Positions 50,140-64,000 of a DNA stretch of 64,000 nt are shown one piece after another; the stretch's first letter is position 1, and each line of letters starts with the position of its first letter. The notes under the pieces are model-generated. The model ran no database searches, had not been told where the DNA came from, and was given only the letters and a program-made list of their open reading frames with translations. Origin of the DNA: Octopus sinensis (lineage: Eukaryota); the NCBI RefSeq assembly GCF_006345805.1, contig NC_043013.1:1302001-1366000 (forward strand). The letters run 5' to 3'. The translations under genes and the position numbers were made by a program.

Positions 50140-51693
50140 GATGTTGACACAGTCATAAGAGAGCTTGAGCAAGAACAGACATACAAATATTTAGGGATAA
50201 ATGAAGGTTCTGGTATTCAGCATGCAAGCATGAAAGAGAAAATCAGGAAGGAATGTTATAGGAGAGTTCGTGCAGTCCTGAAATCTGAACTAAATGCACG
50301 TAACAAGGTGTTAGCTATAAATTCCTTAGCAGTTCCAGTTGTTACTTATAGCTACAATGTGTTGAACTGGAATATGAGTGAAGTAAAGAATATAGATAGA
50401 AAAATACGCAAGCTGCTGAGTTGTAATAGGATGCACCACCCAAAGGCAGACGTAGATCGCCTTTACCTTCCTAGAGCCCAAGGAGGTCGAGGCCTGATCC
50501 AATTTGAACTAGCTTACAAAACAACCACAATTGGACTGGCCAAATATCTCGAAATATCGAATGACTGGATGCTAAAGCTCGTGGAAAATCACGAAGCTTC
50601 ATTCTATCATCAAGGAAAGCAAAAAATTTGCTATTGATCTCGTGCAGGATACCCAAACTGAACAACCCGAGGGAAGTACGGCAACTATTGTTGCAAAGAA
50701 GGTGAAAATGATGGCAATGAAAAAAGCGCACGAGCAATTGGCTGATAGGTGGGAGGAGAAACCTCTGCACGGCAAATATGTGACCCGCAGCAAACAAGCT
50801 GATGTTGACCAGAAGCAAACCCATCAGTGGCTGCGGAGCTCAGGGCTAAAAGCAGAGAGCGAAGTTTTCATCCTGGCTGCTCAAGACCAAAGCCTATTAA
50901 CCCGGAACTACCAGGCCAATGTGATGAAAAATGGAGCAGACCCAAAATGCCGATTCTGCAACGACATGATTGAAACAGTGGACCACCTAATCTCTGGATG
51001 TAAAGTCTTAGCACCAGTGGAGTATAAATTAAGACATGACAGAGTTGGCCAATATCTCCACTGGCTAATAAGTCGGCATTACAATATCAAAACTGCCGAC
51101 AAGTGGTATAATCACCACCCTGAGGCTGTAACTGAAGGAGAAAATGTAACCATTCTGTGGGACTTTCCAGTACATACAGACCGAACCATCAAGGCCAATA
51201 AACCAGATATTGTTGTGAAAGACCAAAACAATAAAGTTTGCTTATTGATCGACATGAGCATCCCCTGTGATCATAATATCTCAGCGAAAGAGTTTGACAA
51301 GCTCAGAAAATATAAAGACCTACTCATTGAAATTGAGAAAATGTGGCATCTCAAGGCGGTTACAATACCAGTGATCGTAGGAGCACTAGGAATGATCAAG
51401 AAGGGAACCGAAAATTATATGAGAATGATCCCTGGCTTACCATCCTTGCAAGAAGTGCAAAAGATTGTCTTAACTGGTACATCACACGTATTGAGAAGAG
51501 CATTGTCGATGTGAGAACTGTTGCTGCTCATGTATTTTAATTTTAATTTAACTTTAAAAAAAAAAAAAAAATGAACGAACTACTGAGTTTGGTTTAATGG
51601 CCTACCAATATACACTATGAGTTTCTTTGCCCTAGGAGTCGGGAAGACACTCGGCAAGAAATGGAAGAAAATTTGAAAGAAGAAAAAAAAAAG
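50140..51693 (+). mobile_element. R4/Dong LINE 3' half (RT C-terminus, CCHC finger, PD-(D/E)xK endonuclease), frameshifted, flanked by (AAT)n
   Basis: ORFs 50230-50637 and 50642-51514: CRFC..ETVDHLISGC, RHD, KPDIVV..LIDMSIP, KYKDL, IPVIVGALG. Confidence 0.93.
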
Positions 51694-51740
51694 TAATAAT
51701 AATAATAATAATAATAATAATGATAAAAATAATAGTAATG

Positions 51741-51807
<67 letters not shown>

Positions 51808-51809
<2 letters not shown>

Positions 51810-52363
51810 GCCCTGATGCAGTACCAGGCAGTGGCTCTCATGGCTTCTGATCTTAACTGATTGGAAGTGTTATCATGTACATTGTTTTGTCTTGGTATAA
51901 AAGATGGGCTACAGCAAATATTCTGCTCAATACCACAGATTTGCTTGTCAGTTGTTTGACCATAACCAGTTGAGCATGTCCCTTAGTGGCTGCCGATATG
52001 TGCATCTCTGATCACAAGCAGAAGTAATGGGGGAGCATCATAGCCATGTGTTGAGAGGGATTCTTTGGGGTTTGAATAATTCACCTCTGGAAACATGGGT
52101 GGTTCTTTCAACATCCTTAAACAACCCTTATTCAGGGACCTTTTGAGCGGACTGGGCTACTCAACCTGAAGAAAATTCTATCTGGGCCCCACCTGCAAGG
52201 TCATGTGCTGTTTATCTTGATATGAGATCACCATGTCGCGCACATATGGTTGTGATGCATGTGCCTGGTGTACCCTTATCAGACGGGTAGTCATGATGGG
52301 TATAATGGGCTTCGTATATTTTACCCCAGTGTCATTTTGATGGCATGAACTGCTCTCTCATTC
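51808..52363. mobile_element. ORF-less ~555-bp element between two (AAT)n tracts
   Basis: GC-richer unique block bounded exactly by AAT arrays. No coding signature. Confidence 0.5.
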
Positions 52364-52419
<56 letters not shown>

Positions 52420-52422
<3 letters not shown>

Positions 52423-52715
52423 GTTGAGAGATATGACAGGTTAGCTTGGAAAGTTAAGAAGTTGTGGTCGATGAAAAAGGTGGTAATAGTACCAATAATT
52501 GTCTGAGCACTGGGAACAGTGAGCAAAAATCTCGAGAAGTACGTGGAACTAATAGGGGCTGCAATAAGGGTGCAGCACTTGCAGAAAACAGCACTGCTTG
52601 GAACTGCTCGAATACTCCAGAAGGTGCTCGTAAAATAAGATGTGTTACCTTAGTTCACTGGTATTGAACAGCTGACGCTGTAGTACATCTCCTGCATTAG
52701 AAGCTGTGCAAAGGC

Positions 52716-52750
<35 letters not shown>

Positions 52751-52995
52751 TAATAATAATAATAATAATAATTGCAGGTAAAATGCATCTCAGTAGTTAT
52801 AGATGTATTAGGAACTACCCCTTAAGATTTGAACAGATGGATAGAGGAAATAGGTTTAAAACCCAGTTTAGTACAACTGCAGAAAACAGTGTTATTAGGG
52901 ACAACTAGGGTACTTAGGAGGATTCTTGGCATCTAAGGTTACTTGTAGCCCGATGTTAGGATCTTTTTCTTTTCCAACAGTTGTGTGTTTATGAA
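52420..52995 (+). mobile_element. Two short R4/Dong 3' fragments of different subfamilies, separated by (AAT)n
   Basis: 52420-52716 matches 56930-57076; 52775-52995 matches 58740-58968. Confidence 0.8.
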
Positions 52996-53064
52996 AATAA
53001 TAATAATAAAATGTGAATATCTGAAAGAAACTCGACTGCTCTCACAAACGAGAATACTAAAAAT

Positions 53065-53305
53065 GAACCCGACCGCTCTCAAAAACTAAGTAAAAAAAAA
53101 CAAAAAAAATGGAAAAATAATCCTGAATCCTTGTCTGATACAGGATCGATCCCAAAATCTAATCAGTTCATGCCAGTTACAAGGCCAAACATCCTTGAAA
53201 GTTTCATGCGAATCCATCCAGCGGTTCTTGAGATATCTTGTCCACGGACAAACAAACACACACGACTGAAACAATACCTCCGCCTTAGCGAAGGCGGAGG
53301 TAATA
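53065..53305 (+). mobile_element. Helentron/Helitron-like non-autonomous element end
   Basis: 11-bp GC-rich hairpin ACCTCCGCCTT-agcg-AAGGCGGAGGT at 53276-53301, preceded by (AAAC)n. Confidence 0.45.
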
Positions 53306-54059
53306 ATGACTTGAATTAAAAGAAGCTCTAATAATGTAAACATTATTGATGCCACAGACTTAACGTTCCGTATTTACTTTATGTTTTTTGCCGCAGCCTG
53401 AAAGCGTTTAAACAAAACACGGTATGTCACATTGATAATGTCTGTTTAAGTTTGTTTCAAAGCTTCGTTAATTCTAACATTTCCCACTTTTACGTTTCAC
53501 TTTTATTTAAGCTTATTTATTTCATCCAGTTGTTCATCTTTAACATTTCAAATAAAACATTAACCTTGTTTACCTTATCTGCTAATGCCAGTCTTCTGAT
53601 AAATTTTCATGGGCTACAGACACACCTGTCACAGATATTTGTGATAAATAATGTTAATCTCAACCTGTGCACTAATTGACTAAGAAGAGTATTTAAGGAA
53701 TCTGTTACCAATTCGTGATAAAGGGAACCTACTTAAGATTAATATTCCAGTAGGAATATCTATGATATCCAATTAGATCTCTAGAAAGTCTTCAGTCGGT
53801 TACTTACCGGACATATTCCTCTGTCTCGTTCAAAATACCCAGCACATATTTTCGTTGACGTGTTCCCACTACATAGTTCTTTAAATGTCTTGGAGCATTT
53901 GCTCAATGAAAGAATTGGTAAAATAACTTCATAAAGCTCATTTTGTGTTGGTTGCTTTGTACCTAAAATATATAGAAAAATAATGGATTGTTGATTCATA
54001 AAGTATAAAATTGTTTTCTGTAACCCATTAAAATATATTTAAAAGCGTACTACGCAGCC

Positions 54060-54696
54060 AGTGCCGTGATTCGACCAGTGAATGTGCCACATAGGTGGCA
54101 TAACATATCTTTATAATTGTCACACTGCCATCTACGCATGCGTGTTTATGAGCCTGATCGTTCCATTTTTCTTTCTGGCTTTACAGCGTAAGCATGGCCG
54201 CTCCATTGGCACCAATGTGCACCAAAGAAGAACAAAGAGCAGCGATCCGAGAGATGGTAATGGTGAACCAGTTCTCTTTCACCATCTCTCGAGCTTGTTG
54301 AATCTTCTCGTCAGTGGGGGAGGTTGGCGGGCGTCCTGCTCTCTCTTCGTATGTCACACCTGTCTGGCCACTTTTAAACTTCTCGATCCCCTATTACACA
54401 CGGTAATACACTGTCCCTATATTGTGTTAAAATCCTCCGACGAATTTCAGCACCTGACACACCATTCGACAAAAGAAATCGGATCACTGCTTTTTGTCCT
54501 TCTTTAGTGCACATTGCTAGTGGAGCGGCCAAGCTTACTCTGTAGAGCCAGAAAGAAAAATGGCGCGATCAGGCTCAAACTTTGATCATGTGACCACAAC
54601 AGGTCTAACTGTAAATATGCATGCGCAGAAGGCAGTGTGCCAATAATGAAGGCAAGTTATGGTGAAAGTGCGGATAATTTTTGACTTTCCCTCGTA
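54060..54696. mobile_element. Two convergent mariner 5' fragments (fold-back arrangement)
   Basis: Plus strand CTKEEQRAAIR; minus strand TKEGQKAVIRFLLSNGVSGAEI..KFKSGQTGVT..RAGRP. TACGAGGG-type TIR at 54667-54696. Confidence 0.7.
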
Positions 54697-54789
54697 CATT
54701 CGGTATTGTTTTATTAATCCACGTTCCACCAATTCTCTATAGACTGATATGAAGATCAGGGGTCTTTGCTAGACGTCAGTAGGGCTAAT

Positions 54790-56501
54790 TTGTGTTGATG
54801 GATGTATCTGATCTCGATAGATTAAGCTATTGACTATTTATTGCAGTAATACGAGAGATATTTTCAAAAGCCCTAATGTTATAAAGACAATAAATGTACG
54901 AAGGAATTGTTTGAAGTAAAGAGGATCGGAGAAGTTTGATGTGAAACAAAGAATATAAGAATAACAAGTGAAATGGTGACCGAGCAGAAAATGAAGTTCC
55001 CAAACTGGTAATGCGCAGACCAGAGGAGGCGGGGAGTACAAGGATATTGGATGGAAACTTTCCCAGCATTACACAAAACAGCTGCGCAAATGGATAAAAT
55101 GATCGACAACGGGTTGGAAATCCCAGAGTGGATGACCACAGGTAAAATGGTTCTTTGCCAAAACGATCACAGCAAATGTAATATAGTGAATAATTACTAG
55201 CCTATCTCCTACCTACCCTCGATGTGAAAGTTGATGACAGGAATAATATCTAATTATGTGCATAACTTCCTGGAAATGAACGACAAACTGCCAGTGGAAC
55301 AGAAGGGATGCAAGAGAAAAAGCCGAGGGACGAAAGATCAACTTCTGACGGACAGAATGGTACTGGAGGACTGAAAGAAGAGACTTACTAATCTGGGTAT
55401 GATGAGAATCGATTATAAGAAAGCTTATGACATGATCCCCTATTCCTGGATTACAGATAGTCTTGAGTTGGTACAGGTGTCTGATAACATCTTAAATTTT
55501 ATCAGGAGATCAATGAAAAACTGGAATACAGAATTAACGTCATGTGGAAAAGTTTTGGCGAGGGTTAACATTAAGAGAGGCGTATTTCAAGGAGATAACA
55601 TATCACAATAGCTGTTTGTGATTTGTCTGATACCCTTCACACAGATATTATGGGAAGTGACATCGGGGTACACCTTGAAAAGTGGAGAAAAATTGAATCA
55701 ACTGTTATATATGGATGACTTAAAGATATTCGGGAAGACCGAACGTGAAATAAATGGTCTGATCTCAAAGTGCAGATATTCAGTAAGGATATTGGGATGG
55801 TATTTGGAACTAAAAAGTGTGATATGCTTATAATACAAAGCTGTAAAATATGATAATAATAGAGTTAGAGCCAATATCTACATTGGATAATATGTCGACA
55901 TTATAAAATCAAAACTGCTGACAAATGGCACAAGCACCACCTTGAGGCTGTAACTGAGGGAGAAAATGTAAAGATTCTTTAGGACTTTCCAGTACATACA
56001 AACCAGACCACCAAAGCTAATAAATCAGATACTTTTGCGAAATACCAAAACAATGAAGTCTGTTTATTGACATGAGTGTACCTTGTGACCATAATATCTC
56101 GGGAAAAGAATTTGATAAGCTCAGAAAATATAAAGATTTGGAATGATAAAAAAAGAACTGAAAATTATTTGAGAATGATCTCTGGCTTACCATCCACGCA
56201 GGAAGTGCAAAAGATTGTCTTAACTGGTAACTAGTCACGCATATTGAGAAGAGCATTGTCTCGCAGGGAATTTTCTTACCATTTTCCACTTTTATTTTCT
56301 TTGTTTTCTTTTTAATTTTTCTTTTTTCTCCCTTCATTTTCCTCTCTATCTTTCTTCCTCTTTTTTTCTGTCACCTGACTACGTAAGTGAACAATCTGAT
56401 GCGTTTATTTTAATGGTTTACCAATATATACAATGAGTTTATTTGCCCTAGATGTCGGGAAGACACTCAGCAAGAAATGGAAACAAAATTGAAAGAAGAG
56501 G

Positions 56502-56510
<9 letters not shown>
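54790..56510 (+). pseudogene. Decayed R4/Dong RT and RLE fragments (two pieces joined at an AAT tract near 55855)
   Basis: IDYKKAYDMIP, RGVFQGD, LLYMDDLKIF. 55860-56510 is homologous to 51030-51690. Confidence 0.85.
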
Positions 56511-56550
<40 letters not shown>

Positions 56551-56574
56551 TAAAAATAATAATGATAATAATAC

Positions 56575-57075
56575 AGCAGAAAGTGGTAAGTGCCGAATCT
56601 GTGGACAAAACGGTGAAACCGTATGGCATATTACCAGCCAATGTACACCACTAGCCCAGAAGGAATATAAAAGACGCCATGATAATATAGCCAGGTTTGT
56701 CAATTGGACAAGTATGGACTTGACAGAGCAAAAAATTGGTACGACCACAAAATAGAAATGCAAAGATCCTATGGTATTTTATGATTCAGTGCGACCATGA
56801 GATAGAGAATAGGAAGCCAGATATAGTCTTAATTGAGAAAGAAAACAAACTATGCTGGATCATAGATATAGCATGCCCAGCTGACAACAAGGTATGCGAT
56901 AAGGAAGAAAGAAAAGTCGAGAGATATGACAAGTTAGCTTGGAAAGTTAAGAAGTTGAGGTCGATGAAAAAGGTAGCAGTAGTACCAATAATTGTCGGAG
57001 CCCTGGAAACAGTGAGCAAAAATCTCGAGAAGTACGTGGAAAACAGCACTGCAGCATTAGAAGCTGTGCAAAGGC

Positions 57076-57076
<1 letters not shown>
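56575..57076 (+). mobile_element. R4/Dong CCHC+RLE fragment with (CAA)n(TAA)n tail
   Basis: CRICGQNGETVWHITSQC, RRHD, KILWYF..KPDIV, VVPIIVGALE. Confidence 0.88.
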
Positions 57077-57170
<94 letters not shown>

Positions 57171-57171
<1 letters not shown>

Positions 57172-58968
57172 CAGATTTCTGCTCAGGTGACAAGTCATCA
57201 GATTTCTACTCAGGTGACCTGGAAAGTAGATTTCTTCTCAGGTGACTTGGAAAGTAGATCTCTACTCAGGTGACAGGAAAATAGATCTCTACTAAGGTGA
57301 CAGGAAAGCTGATCTCTGTTAGTGATACAGACTTCGGGAAAGTTAATATCAAGAAAGGAATTTTCCAAGGAGATTAGTTATCCCCTTTAATATTTGTCTT
57401 ATGTTTGACTCCTCTCAGTTTAGTATTAAGGGAGGCACAGATAGGCTATCAGTTCAGAAATAGTAAGGGGAAAATTAACCATTTGCTCTACATAGATGAT
57501 CTGAAGCTTTTTAGTAAGAATGAGAAAGAGATAGATTCCTTAATGTAGATTGTAAGATTCTTCAGCAAAGATATAGGCATGGAATTTGGCAGAAATAAGT
57601 GTACAATAGTAGTCAATAGTGAAGGCATCCAATTATCAGATGGCCAGACATTAAAATCGTTAAAAGAAGGAGAGAGCTATAAGTATCTAGGAGTATTAGA
57701 ATCTAAGAGTACTGACTACAGAAATGAAAACGAAAATTGAGAAGCAGTACATAAGAAGGGTGAGGAAGCTAATGAAGTCAAAGCTAAGTGGTCCGAATCT
57801 AGTGAAGGCTGTAATTACTTGGACAGTATCATTACTTAGATACTCAGTAGCTTTTGTAGATTGGAAAAAAACTGAATTAGCAAAGCTAGACAGGACTAAG
57901 AAAGAATTCAATATGAATGGACGATTCCACCTAAGAGCAGGAGTAGCAAGATTATAGTTATATAGAAGGAAAGGTGGAAGAGGGCTAATATCAGTAGAAG
58001 ACTGCGTGGATTTAGCTAGAGTAGATTTAGACTCCTATATTGGTAATAGCGAAGAAATATTATTAAGAGCTGCGAGACATGGGAAACCAAAAAACTAAAC
58101 GAAATTATAAACCAGAAAAAAGAGAAGTTAAGACTGGCAGGAGAAGGCGTTGCATGGTAGATTCCTAAAGATAGTCGCAGCAAATTGTAGTTGTGAGACA
58201 TTGTTATGGTTGCAGAAAGGAAAGCTGAAAAGGGAGACAGAAAGTTTGTTAGTAGCAACATAAGATCAAGCATTAAGGACTAATTGGATAAAAGCTAAGA
58301 TAGACAAAAACCAAGTATGTTCCCAATGTAGGTTATGCAAATCAAAAGAGGAACGTGTTACTCATATAGTAAGTGAATATGGCATGCTGGCACAGAAAGA
58401 ATATGAAAAAAGACATGACAACCTAGGGAGAGTAATCCGCTGGGAATTATGTAGAAAGATAGGATTTGACCATACTGATAAATTGTATGAACATGAACCT
58501 AGTAAAGTACTAGAAAGTAAAAAATATTAGATGTTGTGGGACTTTAACATCCGACTGTCAGAGTAATAGAAGCTAGAAAACCTGATTTAGTAGTAGTAAA
58601 TAAAGTGAATAGAAAGTGCCAGATAATTGCCTTGACAGTCCCAAATGATGAAAAAAAATCAATTTGAGAGGTATAGAAAAATAGCAAAGAACCAGGACTT
58701 AGCCACTGAATTACAGAGACTATGGAAAGCGCAGGTAAAATGTATCCCAGTAGCTATAGGTGTATTAGGAACTATCTCTAAAGATTTGAACAGATGGAAA
58801 AGGGGGAAATTGGACATAAAACTCAGTTTAGAACAGCGGCCGAGAACAGTGTTATTAGGGGACAGCTAAGATACTTAGGAGGATTCTTGGCATCTAAGGT
58901 TACTTGTTGCAGCCCGATGTTAGGAATTTTTCTTTTCCAACAGTCTAATCTTTTGTGTGTATATGAAT
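57171..58968 (+). pseudogene. Decayed R4/Dong 3' half (RT to RLE) with a 27-28-bp tandem array at its 5' junction
   Basis: KGIFQGD*LSPL, HLLYIDDLKLF, YKYLGV, CRLCKSKEE..THI, LWKAQVKCIPVAIGVLG. Confidence 0.88.
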
Positions 58969-59049
58969 AATAATAATAATAATAATAACAACAACAACAA
59001 CAACACAACAACAACAACAACAATAATAATAATAATAATAATATAATAA

Positions 59050-59860
59050 AGACAAGAAATAAACAAAGCAAAATCCCAACAATGGTTGAGAAACTCAGGA
59101 CTCAAAGCAGAGACTGGCAGATTTTAATTACATTACAAGACCAAAGCCTCCCCACCAGAAATTACAAAAAAACAAAAAAAAAAACAACATATAATAAAAA
59201 GAAACGTAACGAGTAACTACAGGATCTGTGGAGATGGACAAGAAACAATCCACTATATTGTCTCTGGCTGCCCAGTCCAGGCTAAGAAGAAATATATTCA
59301 CAGACACGATTGAGTTGAGACCTATATACACTGGAAGCTATGCCGACACTATGGAACAACAACGGAAAAAAGATGGTATAGATACATGCCAGAAAAGGTC
59401 ACAGAAAGTGAGAAAGCCGCCATACTCTGGGATATACCAATGCACACAGATAGAAAAATCAAGGCTAATAGGCTGGATATAGTTGACAAGAAAAAAAAAG
59501 TGCTTTCTAATCGATGTATCAATACCAACAGATGACAATGTTTCTCGGAGAAACTTACAAAATACAAAGATTTGGAAATAGAGATAACTCGAACATGTAG
59601 CCTAAAGACAGAAACAATTCCTATCATAAGAGGCGCATTAGGTTTGATAAAAAAATATTCAGACAAATACATAAGAAAAACATCAGGACTTACAAGTATA
59701 TATAACATACTGAAAATAACACAGCTAGGCACCGCACACATCCTACGCAAAACACTTCCAATACAGTAAAAATAAGCGCGACAAACCACAGCACATGCCC
59801 AAGGCACACGGAGCTGCGCTCGGTAGTGCAGTGAAAGCGCGTTATAAAAATAAGACTACT
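59050..59860 (+). mobile_element. R4/Dong 3' fragment, same subfamily as the insert at 15178
   Basis: EIEITRTCSLKTETIPIIRGALG..LGTAHILRKTLPIQ, and a shared 3' UTR. Confidence 0.85.
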
Positions 59861-60404
59861 GATGATGATAATAATAATAGCAATAATAATAATGATGATG
59901 ATGATGATGAGGAGGAGGAGGAGGAAGAGGAGGAAACATGGTCGATAACTTAAGAATTAGTAATGTCTAAGCGTGTCAAACGGCTCCTTCAGCAATTCGT
60001 GAGAGTGTGTGTCAATGCGAGAAATAGGAATTTCTAAGCGGATTAATGCTGCGTCGAAACGGTATCAGGTCGGATTAAATGCCTCATCGTATTCAGTTTC
60101 GTCCTTCTGGTTTAAGTTACGGTCACAGTGGACCCAAACTGACCTTTAATCTCTGGGCTACAGTTTATATATATATATAAAATGCACCGTGCATGCACTG
60201 AGGTAAATAATCAGGTCAATTACAACCCTCTCTCCAACTCGTGTTCGCGTCTGAAATATTTTGTTGGGGTTTTGATCCGATTATTAACGCCCGTTGTCAC
60301 GTTCGACGTTTCTTTACCCAGTTACATTTAACATGACAATCTAGAATTACTTGAAATGATGGAATACAGAGAGGTTCGCGTTAAAAATAGATTTACTTTA
60401 CTAA

Positions 60405-60494
<90 letters not shown>

Positions 60495-60744
60495 TACAGA
60501 GTGAGAGGCTGAAAGAGAAGCACTTTTTCTTAACCCGTTTTATACTCACAAATACACACACACACACACACATTGATGCAAAATGAGGTGGAAAAAAAAA
60601 AAAACACTTCTCGAATACTGAACGTAGAACAAATTGCTTTCATTAAAGCTACGAAATCTTCACAACTTGTTAATCGGAGTTTTACGTTCCAGTTCGTCGG
60701 TAACAGTTTTTGTGAAGATTTTGCAGTTTTAATAAAAGTATATA

Positions 60745-61300
60745 TATATATACTTTGATACTTTGATACTTTGATAGGTTTCGGCCATTATTGGCCCAGG
60801 CCATGTCTAACTTAATAGCACCACCTGGTGAAGTCTTTCAAGTCAGAATTTGGGCACTATGGCCCACTCAAGTAGAGAGTTATTGTTTACAGAGACATAT
60901 CCGGATGTAGGGGGTTTATCCGGGATTTCTTGAAGGAATCTGTCCAAAGACTTCTTGAACCCTATAGGGTTAGTTTCTGTTTTAATGTGTTTTGGTGTAA
61001 TGTTAAAGAGAGCGGGGCCAATTGAGGTGAAATAATTGTGCCGTATTGTTGTTATGAGATGAGAGTGCGATTTTTGTTTTGGGCGGATGGCACGGGGCCC
61101 AAGCCTTGGATGTACCTTAAAGGTGATGCCAACATCATTTGGGCAATGCTGATGGAATATTTTCCACATCATGCAGATGATGTAGCGCTCACGACGACGT
61201 TGGAGAGAATAGAGTTTTAGCTTTTCTAGTCGACCCCAATAGTCGAGGCCTGTCATGCCATCTATCTTTTTTGTGATTGCCCTTTGAGGTGCTTCAACTT
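60745..61300 (-). mobile_element. CR1/L2-type LINE 3' fragment with an 8-bp tandem tail
   Basis: ORF 60843-61256: YWGRLEKLKLYSLQRRRERY, FKKSLDRFLQEIPDKP. (ACTTTGAT)x3 at about 60753-60776. Confidence 0.85.
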
Positions 61301-61354
61301 TTATGATACCTTGTATTGTGTGGGGAGACCACAGTGGACAACAGTATTCAAGTA

Positions 61355-61530
61355 TATATATATATAACGGGAAAGTTTACGAAAATAAACAAAAGACGAA
61401 GGCAGGTGGAGTACAAACAAACAAATGTATTAGTATAGCGCTCAGGAATAGAAAAAGTCTTTTACGTTTCGAGCCGACGCTCTTAGACAGAAAGATACAC
61501 AGAAAAAAACAAGGAGAGAAGCAAGGAGAG
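61355..61530 (-). mobile_element. Penelope-LTR-like repeat with a degenerate hammerhead (61458-61495)
   Basis: Reverse complement TCTTT CTGTCTA A GAGC GTCG GCTC GAAAC GTA AAAGA. Confidence 0.55.
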
Positions 61531-61552
61531 AAAAAAATGCATGTAGGAGCTA

Positions 61553-63322
<1,770 letters not shown>

Positions 63323-63918
63323 TATTATATATATATTATATATATATATATATGTATTTATATATATGCATGTATATATAAATAATATACATGCATATAT
63401 ACATACTTATATGTACATACTTACATCTATACTTATACACACACACACATATATAATCTATTATCTCTTTCTCTCTCACTCTTTGTCTATCGATATACAC
63501 AGGGTTGTATTAAAGTAAGTAAAAGACATGTAGATGTTTCAGAAAATAACTTGGATGTTGTTCGTGCAAACACGCTTCAGATTTGCATGTGTATCTTCAG
63601 CAAAAGCTCGTTTTAAGTCGATGCTTCTCCAGATTAACAACTTTTATACACACAATGAATACGTGCCGATATATTGGTCACAGTTTCATACACGATTGTA
63701 CTGTAGCCAATATTTTATCACGAGTGTATCATCCCGTTGTAAACAGAATGATAGTAACAGTAACATCTTACGAGAAGTTGAAGAGAGATTCTATTCTAAA
63801 ATAATTTATGAAACTTTTATGCCTTCTGGAAATTAGTTTTTAATCACATAAACACACAAAACATCAAAAAAATATATTTGTAATTTTTTAATTCGCAATT
63901 TAGAAGAAAGTGTACACA

Positions 63919-63978
<60 letters not shown>

Positions 63979-64000
63979 TACACCCCACTCCCACGCAGAG

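Noticed and set aside
52262-52335. Possible HDV-like ribozyme in the AAT-flanked element
   Set aside because: Only simple stems were found; P1/P3/P1.1 nesting could not be fitted. Left as an open computational check.
56736-57198. Poly-Q, poly-N, poly-C and poly-Y ORFs (also 49949-50186, 56477-56755)
   Set aside because: (CAA)n/(AAT)n tails of Dong insertions; not host genes.

Overview
Eukaryotic, AT-rich, repeat-dense genomic DNA. The SINE and microsatellite content is most consistent with an octopus (coleoid cephalopod), which is an inference. One host gene is clearly supported: metaxin-2 (MTX2), + strand, 9 coding exons from 5528 to 28413, 771 nt / 256 aa, all introns GT-AG, and the frame closes across every junction. 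Nearly all other listed ORFs are retroelement fragments or microsatellite artefacts. Mobile DNA includes CR1/L2, RTE, Tx1/L1, CRE and R4/Dong LINE pieces, several tRNA-derived SINE families, mariner, hAT, piggyBac-type MITE and Helentron-like relics. The most interesting signal is a palindromic non-coding element, present twice in MTX2 introns. Its complete arms carry a tRNA-like Pol III head, an (AAT)n spacer and a minimal Penelope-type hammerhead ribozyme. Other notable features are a second hammerhead-like repeat family, a Penelope GIY-YIG remnant, a near-perfect 152-bp fold-back hairpin with a 14-bp flanking direct repeat in MTX2 intron 4, and a ~10 kb nest of (AAT)n-targeting R4/Dong elements. 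No rRNA, bona fide tRNA gene or CRISPR array was seen. Repeat boundaries are approximate and read by eye; exon boundaries were counted base by base.
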